A DNA stretch of 64,000 bases, taken from Candidatus Sysuiplasmataceae archaeon (lineage in GTDB: Archaea; Thermoplasmatota; Thermoplasmata; Sysuiplasmatales; Sysuiplasmataceae). Both the position numbers and the translations under genes were made by a program. The number at the start of each line of letters is the position of its first letter. The first letter of the stretch is position 1. The notes under the pieces were generated by a model. It was not told where the DNA came from, made no database searches, and worked only from the letters and a program-made list of their open reading frames with translations. The stretch spans positions 7,950 to 71,949 of the forward strand of contig JBJKPR010000053.1 of assembly GCA_046706185.1 (NCBI GenBank). Direction: 5' to 3'. This document shows positions 48,194 through 57,366 of the stretch, one piece after another.

Positions 48194-48829
48194 CTACAGC
48201 CTTGAGGTAAGAAGCGAAACTGCCGTCCATGCCATGAGCCTTTCGCTGTACAGCGACATCTCCTCGAACTCAACGCCGTTGAGGTCAGAGAAAAAATCAC
48301 CGTGAGGGAAACCTCCAACCACGAGGTTCGCTCCCTCGAGTACACCGTAGTCAGCAACAGGCCTCCCCTTTTCTGTCAGAATTATCGTCCTTCCGCCCAG
48401 CCTTGTAAGCAGCCCTGCGAGGTTCTCCCTCGAGACACGGACGAGCACCTTCCCGTCGGTTACCACGCTTCCTGAGGTGAGGGCACTTTCCATGAGCCCC
48501 TGAAACCTGCTGAAGCTCTTTGGAAGCTTGACCTCTGGGCTGAACTCCATTACGAAGCTGCCTCTTGCATGGACGTAAGTCCGCAGCCTGCCTTCCCTGC
48601 TTGGAATCGAATCGAGAGCGAGCAGAAGGCAGAAATGGGCTATGTCCGCCCTGCCTCGCCTTCCGCCGTTCTGAAGAGAGCGCATTGCCGCGTAATGAAG
48701 GCTCGAATCGAGCAGACACTCCTGTGGCTTCTTGTTCCTCTTCCTCGCGCTCGCCCTCACAGTCGGATGGGACGATATGCTCTCAGGCACAAGCTCTACT
48801 TCGGAATCTGCAATGATAAGGTTTGTCAT
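48194..48829 (-). CDS. nep1: rRNA small-subunit pseudouridine-N1 methyltransferase Nep1 (SPOUT)
   Basis: 211 aa. NLIIADSEVELVP...HPTV...RKRNKKPQECLLDSSLHYAAM...RGRADIAH matches the recalled Nep1 N-terminal pattern. Confidence 0.7.
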   Translation of the reverse strand: MTNLIIADSEVELVPESISSHPTVRASARKRNKKPQECLLDSSLHYAAMRSLQNGGRRGRADIAHFCLLLALDSIPSREGRLRTYVHARGSFVMEFSPEVKLPKSFSRFQGLMESALTSGSVVTDGKVLVRVSRENLAGLLTRLGGRTIILTEKGRPVADYGVLEGANLVVGGFPHGDFFSDLNGVEFEEMSLYSERLMAWTAVSLLTSRL

Positions 48830-48839
48830 CTGCGTTGTC

Positions 48840-49910
48840 TCACGATATCACTTCATCAAGCCTGCCCAGTGAGAAACCGAGCTTTACCTCCTGAGCGATC
48901 CGCCTGCCGGTCGAAAGGCCCGGCTCTATCATGTCCGAGTAGGGGGAACCGTTGACAAACGGGTTGGTCCCAGCCACTATCCTGGTTGATATCTCGAACA
49001 CCTTGATATCAAGCTGGTCTGTGACAATAGTCTCGAGTGCAAAAGGTCCGACGAGCCCACCGAACAGCTCTTTTGACTTCTCTACAACAGCATCCCCCAT
49101 CTCGAACACCTTGGGCAGCAGGCTCTCCCTTATGACGATGGGTACGTTGCCTGTGACGACGAAGGTCGGGAAGAAGCCGAGCCTCTTCAGCTCCTCTGTC
49201 GAGCCGAGTTTGTAAAGTTCATCAATGTTCGATTCATCGCGCCTGTCAATTGAGAGCATCTCAAGTATGCCGCCAGACTTCAGCGGATACCCTTTCGACC
49301 TGAGAGGGGAGTAGAAATAATGGAAGTAGTACCTTGTGCCAAGCACGTACTCCTGGATGGTGTGCTGCTTAGTGTAGTCGATTGCCATTTTGAATTCCAT
49401 GTAATCCTTGGCGATGAACGCGCCCCTGCCTCCCTTCGCCCCTGAGTACTTCACAAGTACCGGCCTGTCTATCGTCCTTGCATCGCTTATCTCCTGAGGC
49501 ATGCGTATACCAGCCGCCGTAAGCCACTTCCTCTGGGTAGACCTGTCTGTTTCCCACTTGAGGACCTCCCTGTTTCCGAAGCTTGGTACGTCGAACCCTG
49601 AGAACCTGTCAGCCCCCATGTATTCTACGAACGACCCGTGCGGCACGATTATTGCGTTGCGGCTTACGAGCTCGTCGGCAAGATCCTCGATTTCTGCATA
49701 GTCCTTCACCCGGATGAACTCGTCCGGGCGGGCGAGCGGGAAGGCATCGTAGAATTTCGTATCCCTGTCAACAGCTATGCCGAGTGAGCGGAGGCCCTCC
49801 CTCCTCGCGCCGTAGAAAATCTGAAGCGAGGAGTGCGAACACAGTGTTGCGATCGTTACCTTAGAAGGGTCGTACTCATCGACAATCTTCTTTATCCTGT
49901 TAGAGACCAT
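48840..49910 (-). CDS. purP: 5-formaminoimidazole-4-carboxamide ribonucleotide (FAICAR) synthetase PurP
   Basis: 356 aa. N-terminal IATLCSHSSLQI. ATP-grasp fold size. Confidence 0.8.
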   Translation of the reverse strand: MVSNRIKKIVDEYDPSKVTIATLCSHSSLQIFYGARREGLRSLGIAVDRDTKFYDAFPLARPDEFIRVKDYAEIEDLADELVSRNAIIVPHGSFVEYMGADRFSGFDVPSFGNREVLKWETDRSTQRKWLTAAGIRMPQEISDARTIDRPVLVKYSGAKGGRGAFIAKDYMEFKMAIDYTKQHTIQEYVLGTRYYFHYFYSPLRSKGYPLKSGGILEMLSIDRRDESNIDELYKLGSTEELKRLGFFPTFVVTGNVPIVIRESLLPKVFEMGDAVVEKSKELFGGLVGPFALETIVTDQLDIKVFEISTRIVAGTNPFVNGSPYSDMIEPGLSTGRRIAQEVKLGFSLGRLDEVIS

Positions 49911-49941
49911 AGTGTGTTATTCCTGAATTGTTCTTAATAAT

Positions 49942-50661
49942 TTGCATGAGCGATTCCCTCTCGAATGGGAATTCTCGGACAGCTCCCAGACGGCCCTCAA
50001 TCGAATCTTAAATATACAGCAGGACTTGTTACCGGAATCGATACCGATGGCAAACAAACCCAGGCCGAGGGACGATGACTGGTTTGAGGCGCTTGACGCC
50101 GAGCTTGAGAAGGAGGCTTCCACGATAAAGAACGACGTCGCCGAAGTCAACAGGGCGAAGAGGGACATAAACACGATGGCCCTCCAGGACATGTGGAAGA
50201 TTTGGCTCCGCTTCAACAGGTCAAACATACACTTCTCCATACAGCCTGAATACAGCGAGTTCCTCAGGTTCAAGGAGTTCCCTGAGGACTGGTCACTGAG
50301 GGATGATTTCAGGTTCCATGCACTCAACTCAATTGAGCTCACCGACAGGACTGCGGAGGAGGGAAGGATGGGAGATTCTCTGAAGCTCTTCTACTATTCC
50401 CAGGAGGGGAAATACTACACCAGGCTCACCTTCGAGTACTTCGAGGGGGAACATTATTACAAGTATTCAGGATGGAAGAGGCTGTTCGGGCAGTATGTGC
50501 TGTACGATGTGCCTGTACATTCATTCAGTTCATCGAAGTTCCACGAGATACTATCGGATGTTGTCAAGGCATGGTACGAGTCGCACCTTCGCCACGCGAG
50601 GGAAAATTTCCTGGAGCATCTGAAGACAAGGTACCCGGCGGGCAATTCGTTCAGCGAGTGA
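49942..50661 (+). CDS. hypothetical aromatic-rich protein (probable start MANKPRPRDDDW at 50047)
   Basis: ORF only. No motif recognised. Confidence 0.4.
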   Translation: MHERFPLEWEFSDSSQTALNRILNIQQDLLPESIPMANKPRPRDDDWFEALDAELEKEASTIKNDVAEVNRAKRDINTMALQDMWKIWLRFNRSNIHFSIQPEYSEFLRFKEFPEDWSLRDDFRFHALNSIELTDRTAEEGRMGDSLKLFYYSQEGKYYTRLTFEYFEGEHYYKYSGWKRLFGQYVLYDVPVHSFSSSKFHEILSDVVKAWYESHLRHARENFLEHLKTRYPAGNSFSE

Positions 50662-50670
50662 GACAACTGC

Positions 50671-50690
50671 CTTTCGGGCCCCTCCGAAAG
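50671..50690 (+). promoter_or_regulatory. 7-bp-stem hairpin CTTTCGG-GCCCCT-CCGAAAG immediately upstream of the RPA TATA box
   Basis: Inverted repeat read directly from the sequence. Confidence 0.4.
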
Positions 50691-50693
50691 CAG

Positions 50694-50701
50694 TTTAAAT
50701 A
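50694..50701 (+). promoter_or_regulatory. TATA box TTTAAATA for the RPA operon
   Basis: Sits 20 nt upstream of the in-frame GTG at 50721, consistent with a leaderless archaeal transcript. Confidence 0.5.
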
Positions 50702-50720
50702 CAGGATTTCGCGGTACAGT

Positions 50721-52352
50721 GTGAAAGGTGATTGCTTGGAATCGGAACTAAAGAAACACGTTGAAGACATGTTCTCCGCGCTTGGCGGAAAGGTCGAGGC
50801 AGATGTCCTCGAAAAGGAGCTGAACGTTTTTGTCGGTGAGTACAGGGTGTCGATACCGTCCGCCAAGAGGAGCATTGTGAAGAAGTACGGAGGCGACCCT
50901 GACTCCCTCTCCATCGGAGTGGAAAAGAGCATAGCCGATATAGCCGCAGGCGAGAGTTCAGTCGATGTGAGCGGAAGGGTGGTATATGCTGCCCCGAGAG
51001 AAATCACAGCATCTGGTGAAAGAAAGAAGATCCTTTCAGGACTCCTGGAGGACAGCACAGGGAGCATGCCGTTCACCATCTGGGATTACGCTGCTGACGA
51101 CGTAGGGCGTGGAGATCTGATAGCGTTCAGGAATGCCTACACAACCTCGTACAGGGACAAGCCTCAGCTTAATGTGTCCTCCAAGTCAAGGTTCTGGGTA
51201 AGGGAAAAGGCGGCCGACTGGAAAAGGGATGCACGGAAAATAAGGGACGTTCAGCCAAATGAATCCAATATACTGTTTGAGGGCAAGATCATATCCGTCT
51301 CCGCAAGGACGATAAACAGCAAGGGGGAGGAAAAGGAGATACACTACGGCCTGGTCGGAGATGAGACAAAGACTGTCAGGTTCACTGCCTGGAAGGATTT
51401 TCACCTGGAGAAGGGCGATGTCGTCAGGGTGGAAGGCGCGTATTCGAGGGAGAGAAACGGAGAGCTCCAGCTGAACTTCAGCGAACGGTCAACGGTCGAG
51501 AAGCTTACCGACAGGGAGATAGGGAGTGTCGCACGGTTCGGCGTCCCCAGGACATGCAAGATATCCGATCTCAGGGAAGGGATGGGGAACCTGACTGTGA
51601 CAGGCAAGGTTCTCACTGTTGCCGAGAAGGATATTGAGGTGCAGGGACAGTCGAAGAGCATGTTTTCAGGCGTCCTTGCAGACGAGACGGGCAAGGTCAG
51701 CTTCACAGGATGGCGCGATTTCCCCTTCAGGGAGGGGGATACGGTGAAGATAACAGGCGCTTATGTGAGGTCATGGAAGGGCGTTCCTCAGCTCAAGTTC
51801 GATGACAAGTCAGATGTGGCAAAGGTGGAAATGCAGCTTTCAGTAGCTGACGCAGGACCGGCAGCCTACCAGATTGACATGCTTGAGGAGCGCGGGGGAG
51901 CGATGGATGCGCTGGTTACCGCCACGATCATAGAGGTCAGGCAGGGTACCGGCCTGATATTCCGCTGTCCTCAGTGCAGCAGGACGATGAAGCTCGGCGA
52001 ATGCAGGACGCACGGGACAGTGGAGGGGATACCGGATTTCAGGGTGAGGCTTGTCGTGGATGATGGTACCGGTTCGCTCTTTGCCAACCTGAACAGGGAG
52101 GTCGCAGAGCGCATCACAGGATACACGCTTGACGCGGTTAAGAAGAGGACTGAGCAGACACTGAACCAGGAAGCGGTGGCTTCAGAGATATCGTCGCGCA
52201 TTCTTTTCAAGACAGTGAGACTTACGGGCAATGTCTTCAGCGACGACTTCGGACTTAACATGTATGCTTCGACGGCTGAACTCATCGTCCCGGAGGTCAA
52301 GGACAGGGCAGCTGCGCTTTTCCAGGAAGTAATACAGACGCTGGGGATGTAG
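50721..52352 (+). CDS. rpa: replication protein A (multi-OB-fold ssDNA-binding protein with zinc ribbon)
   Basis: The long ORF opens at 50472 but overlaps the upstream gene in another frame. Start placed at GTG 50721 (alternative ATG 50769). Several OB-fold-sized repeats. Zinc motif CPQCSRTMKLGECRTHG. Confidence 0.75.
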   Translation: MKGDCLESELKKHVEDMFSALGGKVEADVLEKELNVFVGEYRVSIPSAKRSIVKKYGGDPDSLSIGVEKSIADIAAGESSVDVSGRVVYAAPREITASGERKKILSGLLEDSTGSMPFTIWDYAADDVGRGDLIAFRNAYTTSYRDKPQLNVSSKSRFWVREKAADWKRDARKIRDVQPNESNILFEGKIISVSARTINSKGEEKEIHYGLVGDETKTVRFTAWKDFHLEKGDVVRVEGAYSRERNGELQLNFSERSTVEKLTDREIGSVARFGVPRTCKISDLREGMGNLTVTGKVLTVAEKDIEVQGQSKSMFSGVLADETGKVSFTGWRDFPFREGDTVKITGAYVRSWKGVPQLKFDDKSDVAKVEMQLSVADAGPAAYQIDMLEERGGAMDALVTATIIEVRQGTGLIFRCPQCSRTMKLGECRTHGTVEGIPDFRVRLVVDDGTGSLFANLNREVAERITGYTLDAVKKRTEQTLNQEAVASEISSRILFKTVRLTGNVFSDDFGLNMYASTAELIVPEVKDRAAALFQEVIQTLGM

Positions 52353-52354
52353 AC

Positions 52355-53236
52355 ATGCGCGAGATGGCCATCAGATTGTTTGCCGCCGAGTTCAACTCGT
52401 CCGACTATGAGCTCAGGGAAGGAGAGGAGAAGAGTTCTGTTTATGTTGTCACACCGCTTGGAGCGAAAGTGAACAGGCTCCTGCTCATGGGCGTCCTGAC
52501 AGAAGTTGAGTCAAGAGACACAGAAGGGGGAAAGCTCTACACAGCTCAGGTTACAGACCCCACAGGGACATTCAGGGTGAGCGCCGGCCAGTACCAGGAG
52601 GAGGCATCAAGGGCACTGCAGTCCATAAGCCCGCCCGCTTTTGTGGCAGTCGTGGGAAAGGCCCGTACATACAGCCCCGAGGAGGGGACCGTATATGTGT
52701 CTGTAAGGGCTGAAGAGATAGCGCAGGTGACACAGGAGCAGAGAGACCACTGGGTGCTCGAGACATGCAGCGAGACAGCGAAGAGGATTGGCGCGATCAA
52801 GGCAGCAATGGAGCTCTCTCCCCCTCTCGCAGAAAGCATCGCCAGAATGGGTGTGCCGCGCAGACTTGCGGAAGGAGCAGTCCTGGCAGCACAGCACTAC
52901 AGGGGCGTGGACCTTTCCACCTACAGGGGAATGGTCGTCGAGGCACTCAGGTCCATACCAGGCATTGAGGAGGCAACAGGCGAAGTGGCCGTGCCCCCAA
53001 CAGAGGAAGCGTCATCCGTAACCATCAGCGGGACAGAGCTCACTGACCACGAGGAGAAGCTTCTTTCGATAATAGGGGAGCTGGACAAGAGCACAAGGGG
53101 AGCGGAATGGGACGAGATCGTCCGCACTGCCAGGGGCAGGCAGCTCACCGATGATCAGCTGAATTCGGCAATCGAGGGGCTGCTGGACAAAGGCATGGTT
53201 TACGAGCCGGTGCTTGGAAGGATGAAAAGGATCTGA
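52355..53236 (+). CDS. RPA-associated protein (euryarchaeal RPAP / Rpa32-like OB-fold plus C-terminal winged helix)
   Basis: 293 aa, immediately downstream of rpa. Architecture only. Confidence 0.5.
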   Translation: MREMAIRLFAAEFNSSDYELREGEEKSSVYVVTPLGAKVNRLLLMGVLTEVESRDTEGGKLYTAQVTDPTGTFRVSAGQYQEEASRALQSISPPAFVAVVGKARTYSPEEGTVYVSVRAEEIAQVTQEQRDHWVLETCSETAKRIGAIKAAMELSPPLAESIARMGVPRRLAEGAVLAAQHYRGVDLSTYRGMVVEALRSIPGIEEATGEVAVPPTEEASSVTISGTELTDHEEKLLSIIGELDKSTRGAEWDEIVRTARGRQLTDDQLNSAIEGLLDKGMVYEPVLGRMKRI

Positions 53237-53407
53237 GCAATTTGCCACATGTACTGTGAAATGTGCTCCCAATCAGTGACAAAAGCGAACCAATTATTTC
53301 CAAGCGCGGGCGAAACTGGACCCAATGACAATCTATAACTATCAAGCACTTATCGCCTTCTCGGTGATTTACTGGATAGACTTCTTTTCACCGCAGGACC
53401 GGTCGAG

Positions 53408-54424
53408 GTGCGAAGGGACGTTCTCAGTGCGATGACAAAACCCATGATGACGCATCGCGGCAGGGAATACAAGGAGCTTCACAAGTCAATCGTTGACAGG
53501 TTGAGAAGGCTTCTGCAGACGGACGACAGCATACTGCTTCTTGTATCGTCCGCCACGGGCGCAATGGAGGCGGGTGTCCGCTCTGCCGTTAACGAGCGCA
53601 TACTTCACCTCACAGGCGGCGCGTTTGCAGAGAGATGGGCGGAAATCTCAAGGTCAAACGGGAAGGAGGCGGAGGTCGTTTCGGTCCCGTGGGGGGAAGC
53701 TGTAGGACCGGACCTTCTGGACGGGCAGAAGCTCGAGAGATGTGAGGCGGTGGCTGTGACGCACAACGAGACGTCCACTGGCGTCATGAACCCCCTTGAG
53801 GCCATTGCGGAAAGGGTCCACGGTGAATCTGATGCGCTGCTGTTTGTCGACGCGGTCACCTCGGCGTTCGCAAACGTGATCAACCTCAGGAAGATCAGGC
53901 CTGACCTCTTCCTGTTCGGTACGCAGAAGGCCCTTGCACTTCCTCCGGGTCTTGCTGTTGCTGTTGTTTCAGACAGGCTGCTTGAGAAGGCGAGGACAGT
54001 CAGCTCGAGGGGGAAGTACCTTGACCTTGTGGAGATAAAGGAGTTTGCAGACAGGAACCTCGTGCCGAGCACCCCCCCTGTTTCGCTAATGTATGCACTC
54101 GATTACCAGCTCGAAAGAATAGAGAAGGAAGGAATGGACAGGCGGGCGGAGAGGCACAGGGAACTCGGCGAGATGGCCAGACGCTGGGCAGACAAGTACA
54201 TGTCCGTATACCCCCCCGGCAACTACTCCAACACTGTCACCTGCATCAGGAATACGGGCGGCAAATCGTACGAGATGATAGATGAAGCGCTCGCAGGCAG
54301 GGGATACCAGATATCCGAAGGATACGGAAAGCTGAAACAGAGCACGTTCAGGATCGGCCACATGGGGGACGTGACCGCCGACGAGATGAAAGGACTGCTG
54401 GATGCACTTACGGAGGCTGTGTGA
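53408..54424 (+). CDS. class V PLP aminotransferase (serine-pyruvate / phosphoserine aminotransferase-like)
   Basis: 338 aa from GTG. SSATGAMEAG. Conserved GP-containing N-terminal residues lie upstream of any canonical start. Confidence 0.7.
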   Translation: MRRDVLSAMTKPMMTHRGREYKELHKSIVDRLRRLLQTDDSILLLVSSATGAMEAGVRSAVNERILHLTGGAFAERWAEISRSNGKEAEVVSVPWGEAVGPDLLDGQKLERCEAVAVTHNETSTGVMNPLEAIAERVHGESDALLFVDAVTSAFANVINLRKIRPDLFLFGTQKALALPPGLAVAVVSDRLLEKARTVSSRGKYLDLVEIKEFADRNLVPSTPPVSLMYALDYQLERIEKEGMDRRAERHRELGEMARRWADKYMSVYPPGNYSNTVTCIRNTGGKSYEMIDEALAGRGYQISEGYGKLKQSTFRIGHMGDVTADEMKGLLDALTEAV

Positions 54425-55393
54425 TTGGCGAAGATACTGATTACTGATGCGGTTGATGAGAAATATGTCAATGCGCTGAGGCAGATTAGCGGTTTTGACG
54501 TTGACTTCAGGAACGGGATAACAGGCGAACAGCTGAAGGAGACAATTGGGGGTTTCGACTGCGTGATTGTCAGGAGCAGGACAAAACTGACCGCAGAGGT
54601 GATACGCAGAGCCACATCGGCAAAACTCATCGTCAGGGCAGGCGTGGGCACCGACAACATAGACGTGAGTGCAGCTACCGCGATGGGGATTGCAGTCTGC
54701 AACACGCCGTGGGCAAACGTGGTCTCGGCGGCGGAACTCGCAATTGCGATGATGCTCTCACTTTCAAGGAAGCTGTGCGATGCAAACAGCTCGATGCATT
54801 CAGGCAAATGGGAGACACTCAAGTTCACAGGTGCCGAACTGAGCGCAAAGACTCTGGGCATCATAGGGCTCGGGAGGGTCGGAAGGGAGGTTGCGAAGAG
54901 GGCAAAGGCGTTCCAGATGACAGTCATCGCGGCTGACCCGTATATCAGGAAAGAGGCAGCAGATGGCGCAGGTGTTGAGCTTGTTCCCTTCGACGACCTG
55001 CTTGGAAGGGCGGACATAGTCACAATTCACGCATCGATGATGCCAGGCAACCTGCACCTGATCGGAGGCAGGGAGCTTTCCCTCATGAAAAAGGGGGCAT
55101 TCCTTGTTAACACGGCAAGGGGTGAGATGGTGGATGCAGATGCCCTTGCGGATGCCCTGGCCTCCGGCCATCTCGCAGGCGCCGGGCTCGATGTCTACGA
55201 GGGAGAACCTGCTGTCAACGGCAGACTTGCTGCCCTCGGCAGCATTGTCATGTCACCACACATTGGTGCGCAGACAAGAGAGGCGCAGGGAAGGGTAGGC
55301 GCCGAAGTGGTGGATGTCGTCGACTCCTTCTTCAACCGCGGAAAACTCACCAACGCTGTCAACGGCGAGGCGCTGAGCAAGAACGTGGCCTGA
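54425..55393 (+). CDS. serA: D-3-phosphoglycerate dehydrogenase (short form) / 2-hydroxyacid dehydrogenase
   Basis: 322 aa. NAD-binding GIIGLGRVGREVA. Catalytic His/Glu/Arg context. Confidence 0.8.
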   Translation: MAKILITDAVDEKYVNALRQISGFDVDFRNGITGEQLKETIGGFDCVIVRSRTKLTAEVIRRATSAKLIVRAGVGTDNIDVSAATAMGIAVCNTPWANVVSAAELAIAMMLSLSRKLCDANSSMHSGKWETLKFTGAELSAKTLGIIGLGRVGREVAKRAKAFQMTVIAADPYIRKEAADGAGVELVPFDDLLGRADIVTIHASMMPGNLHLIGGRELSLMKKGAFLVNTARGEMVDADALADALASGHLAGAGLDVYEGEPAVNGRLAALGSIVMSPHIGAQTREAQGRVGAEVVDVVDSFFNRGKLTNAVNGEALSKNVA

Positions 55394-55441
55394 AACTTTC
55401 ATATAAATACTTTTCTATTTCTATATTTATACTATCACTTG

Positions 55442-55457
55442 CCTTTCAGGGGAAAGG
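55442..55457 (-). promoter_or_regulatory. motif instance 1: CCTTTCCCCTGAAAGG (also an inverted repeat CCTTTC-N4-GAAAGG), between TATA-like box 55422-55431 and ATG 55466
   Basis: Read from the sequence. Confidence 0.45.
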
Positions 55458-55465
55458 TCCTAAAG

Positions 55466-55822
55466 ATGGCAACACCAAATGAAGAGACAGAGACACCGGC
55501 CCCAAAGGGAGGAGTGAGACCTGCGTCGCTCGAAAGGGAGATGGCAAACATAGTTGAGACCATGTCCCATACAGCAGTCCAGGTCGGGCTTGTGCTGTTC
55601 GGCCTCCTGCTTGACTTCGTGGGCGAACTTGTCAGGATAGCTTCCACAACCACTGCAGGCTTCAATGCTTTCCAGGTGCTGACCGCAGTCGGAACGTTCG
55701 TCATAGTGGCAGTCCTTTTTGTCAGCGGCATGGTAAAGAGAAACGAGGGCGACCTGACGAGGCTTGGTCTGCTCCTCGCGGCCGCGATAGTGTTCTTCGC
55801 CCTGCCTTCAATGATCGCATGA
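55466..55822 (+). CDS. small 3-TM membrane protein, hypothetical
   Basis: ORF, hydrophobic helices. Confidence 0.45.
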   Translation: MATPNEETETPAPKGGVRPASLEREMANIVETMSHTAVQVGLVLFGLLLDFVGELVRIASTTTAGFNAFQVLTAVGTFVIVAVLFVSGMVKRNEGDLTRLGLLLAAAIVFFALPSMIA

Positions 55823-56002
55823 ATGCGGCCGAGCGTGCAGGAAATGCATAAACATTTTACCATTACGGTTCCGCTCAATTGGCAGATTCTGTTACTTCTT
55901 CCTGGACAATCACAGGCGCGATATTCGAATTTCGACAAGAAGTAATGACAACGTTCAAATATGATAATGTAGACTATTAAACCCACCTCCCTGATAACAG
56001 GA

Positions 56003-56015
56003 TTCCCCTGAAAGG
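56003..56015 (+). promoter_or_regulatory. motif instance 2: TTCCCCTGAAAGG, 10 nt upstream of ATG 56025
   Basis: Read from the sequence. Confidence 0.45.
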
Positions 56016-56024
56016 TCGGTTTGT

Positions 56025-56459
56025 ATGGCATCTGGCGACAAAGAAGGCGGTTTTAGGAACAGAACACTGACTGTCGACAGCCTCAGCATGGCAATAAAGA
56101 ACAGCGTCGACAGGGAAGACATGCCCGAGGAACAGGCCACTGCCATGGCACAGCACATAATGAATTTCTTCGGCTACAACGAGAGGATCATAGACAATGT
56201 CCTCGAGCCGGAGGACAGGGATGCGTTCTACATGCTGGAGGATACGGGCATACTCACGACAGAGCGGGAGGAAACAACCCTCTACGACGGAAGGGAGTGG
56301 AGGATCCACTACTGGCTCTTCAGGAAGGAGAGGATATGGGAGCTCATCAGCGGCGAGGAAAGGCACGAAGGTGTCAAGAGAAGGCACTCGTCCGTCTATG
56401 ACGATATACCCGACGATGCCTGGAACAGGACGGGCAACACGGTTCCGAAGAGGCCCTGA
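56025..56459 (+). CDS. hypothetical acidic protein
   Basis: 144-aa ORF. No motif. Confidence 0.45.
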   Translation: MASGDKEGGFRNRTLTVDSLSMAIKNSVDREDMPEEQATAMAQHIMNFFGYNERIIDNVLEPEDRDAFYMLEDTGILTTEREETTLYDGREWRIHYWLFRKERIWELISGEERHEGVKRRHSSVYDDIPDDAWNRTGNTVPKRP

Positions 56460-56528
56460 ACAGCGTTTCTTCGCAGGGAAGCTGGCCCAGTTTTTTTGAA
56501 CGCGATTGCCGGACAGCGATGAGTAGCG

Positions 56529-57182
56529 ATGGACAGTGACACGGTCGTAAGGTCCATCGACGGCATCTACGACAGATACAGGATAATACCGAACCTCAGA
56601 GTCCACATGAAGAAGGTGGCCGCGGTCGGCGAACTGGTTATGGACAGCTGGAGTGACGACCGCCCCGAAATGAGGAAGGTCGACGTGGTTGCGGCACTGC
56701 TGCTGCATGACATTGGAAACATCGTGAAATTCAACTTCGGCGACCCGGTGATGTGGCAGGGCTATACATGGACTGACATGGAATACTGGAAGGTAGTAAG
56801 GGACGAGGTCGCGGGCAGATACGGTTCCACGAGTGACCATGATGTGACTTCACGAATGGTTGAGGAGCTTGGCCTTGACGGGAGAAGCGCATTCCTCGTA
56901 AGGAACATGCTGCTGGAGAATATCGAGTTTGTCCTCCGCTCAGGGGACTTCGAATTGAAAATATGTACATATGCAGACCAGAGGGTGGCACCATCGGGCG
57001 TCGTCTGCATCCGTGAGAGGTTTGAGGATCTGAGGAGGAGATACGCTGGAAGGCCGGAATTCCACTTCCGCCCGGAGGGCGAGGCGCTTGCGCTGCGGCT
57101 TGAAAAGCAGATATTCTCAAGGACGACCATATCGCCGGAGGCTGTGAACGAGGAGAGTATCGCCCGGTACCTCAGACCATAG
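56529..57182 (+). CDS. HD-domain phosphohydrolase
   Basis: HD motif in VAALLLHDIGNIVKF. Confidence 0.6.
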   Translation: MDSDTVVRSIDGIYDRYRIIPNLRVHMKKVAAVGELVMDSWSDDRPEMRKVDVVAALLLHDIGNIVKFNFGDPVMWQGYTWTDMEYWKVVRDEVAGRYGSTSDHDVTSRMVEELGLDGRSAFLVRNMLLENIEFVLRSGDFELKICTYADQRVAPSGVVCIRERFEDLRRRYAGRPEFHFRPEGEALALRLEKQIFSRTTISPEAVNEESIARYLRP

Positions 57183-57214
57183 GCGGGCGGGCCAGCTGTC
57201 AGGGGTATGCGGTT

Positions 57215-57228
57215 TTCCCCCTGAAAGG
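57215..57228 (+). promoter_or_regulatory. motif instance 3: TTCCCCCTGAAAGG followed by ATAATATAC, ~140 nt upstream of xpd
   Basis: Read from the sequence. Confidence 0.4.
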
Positions 57229-57366
57229 ATAATATACGGGCAGAATCTGGAACTGGAACGGGAGGCGCGGATGGACAGGACGACGCCCCGTACAGGGCCG
57301 GAGCGTGGCACGCACAGCGTGCTTCCTCCATGCCTGTGCCTGCCGTCTCGCGGCAGGAGTAGGTGA

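Noticed and set aside
54223-55023. 266-aa minus-strand ORF
   Set aside because: Antisense to serA and the aminotransferase.
55977-56840. 287-aa minus-strand ORF
   Set aside because: Spans two plus-strand genes and their promoter. Rejected in favour of the plus-strand genes.
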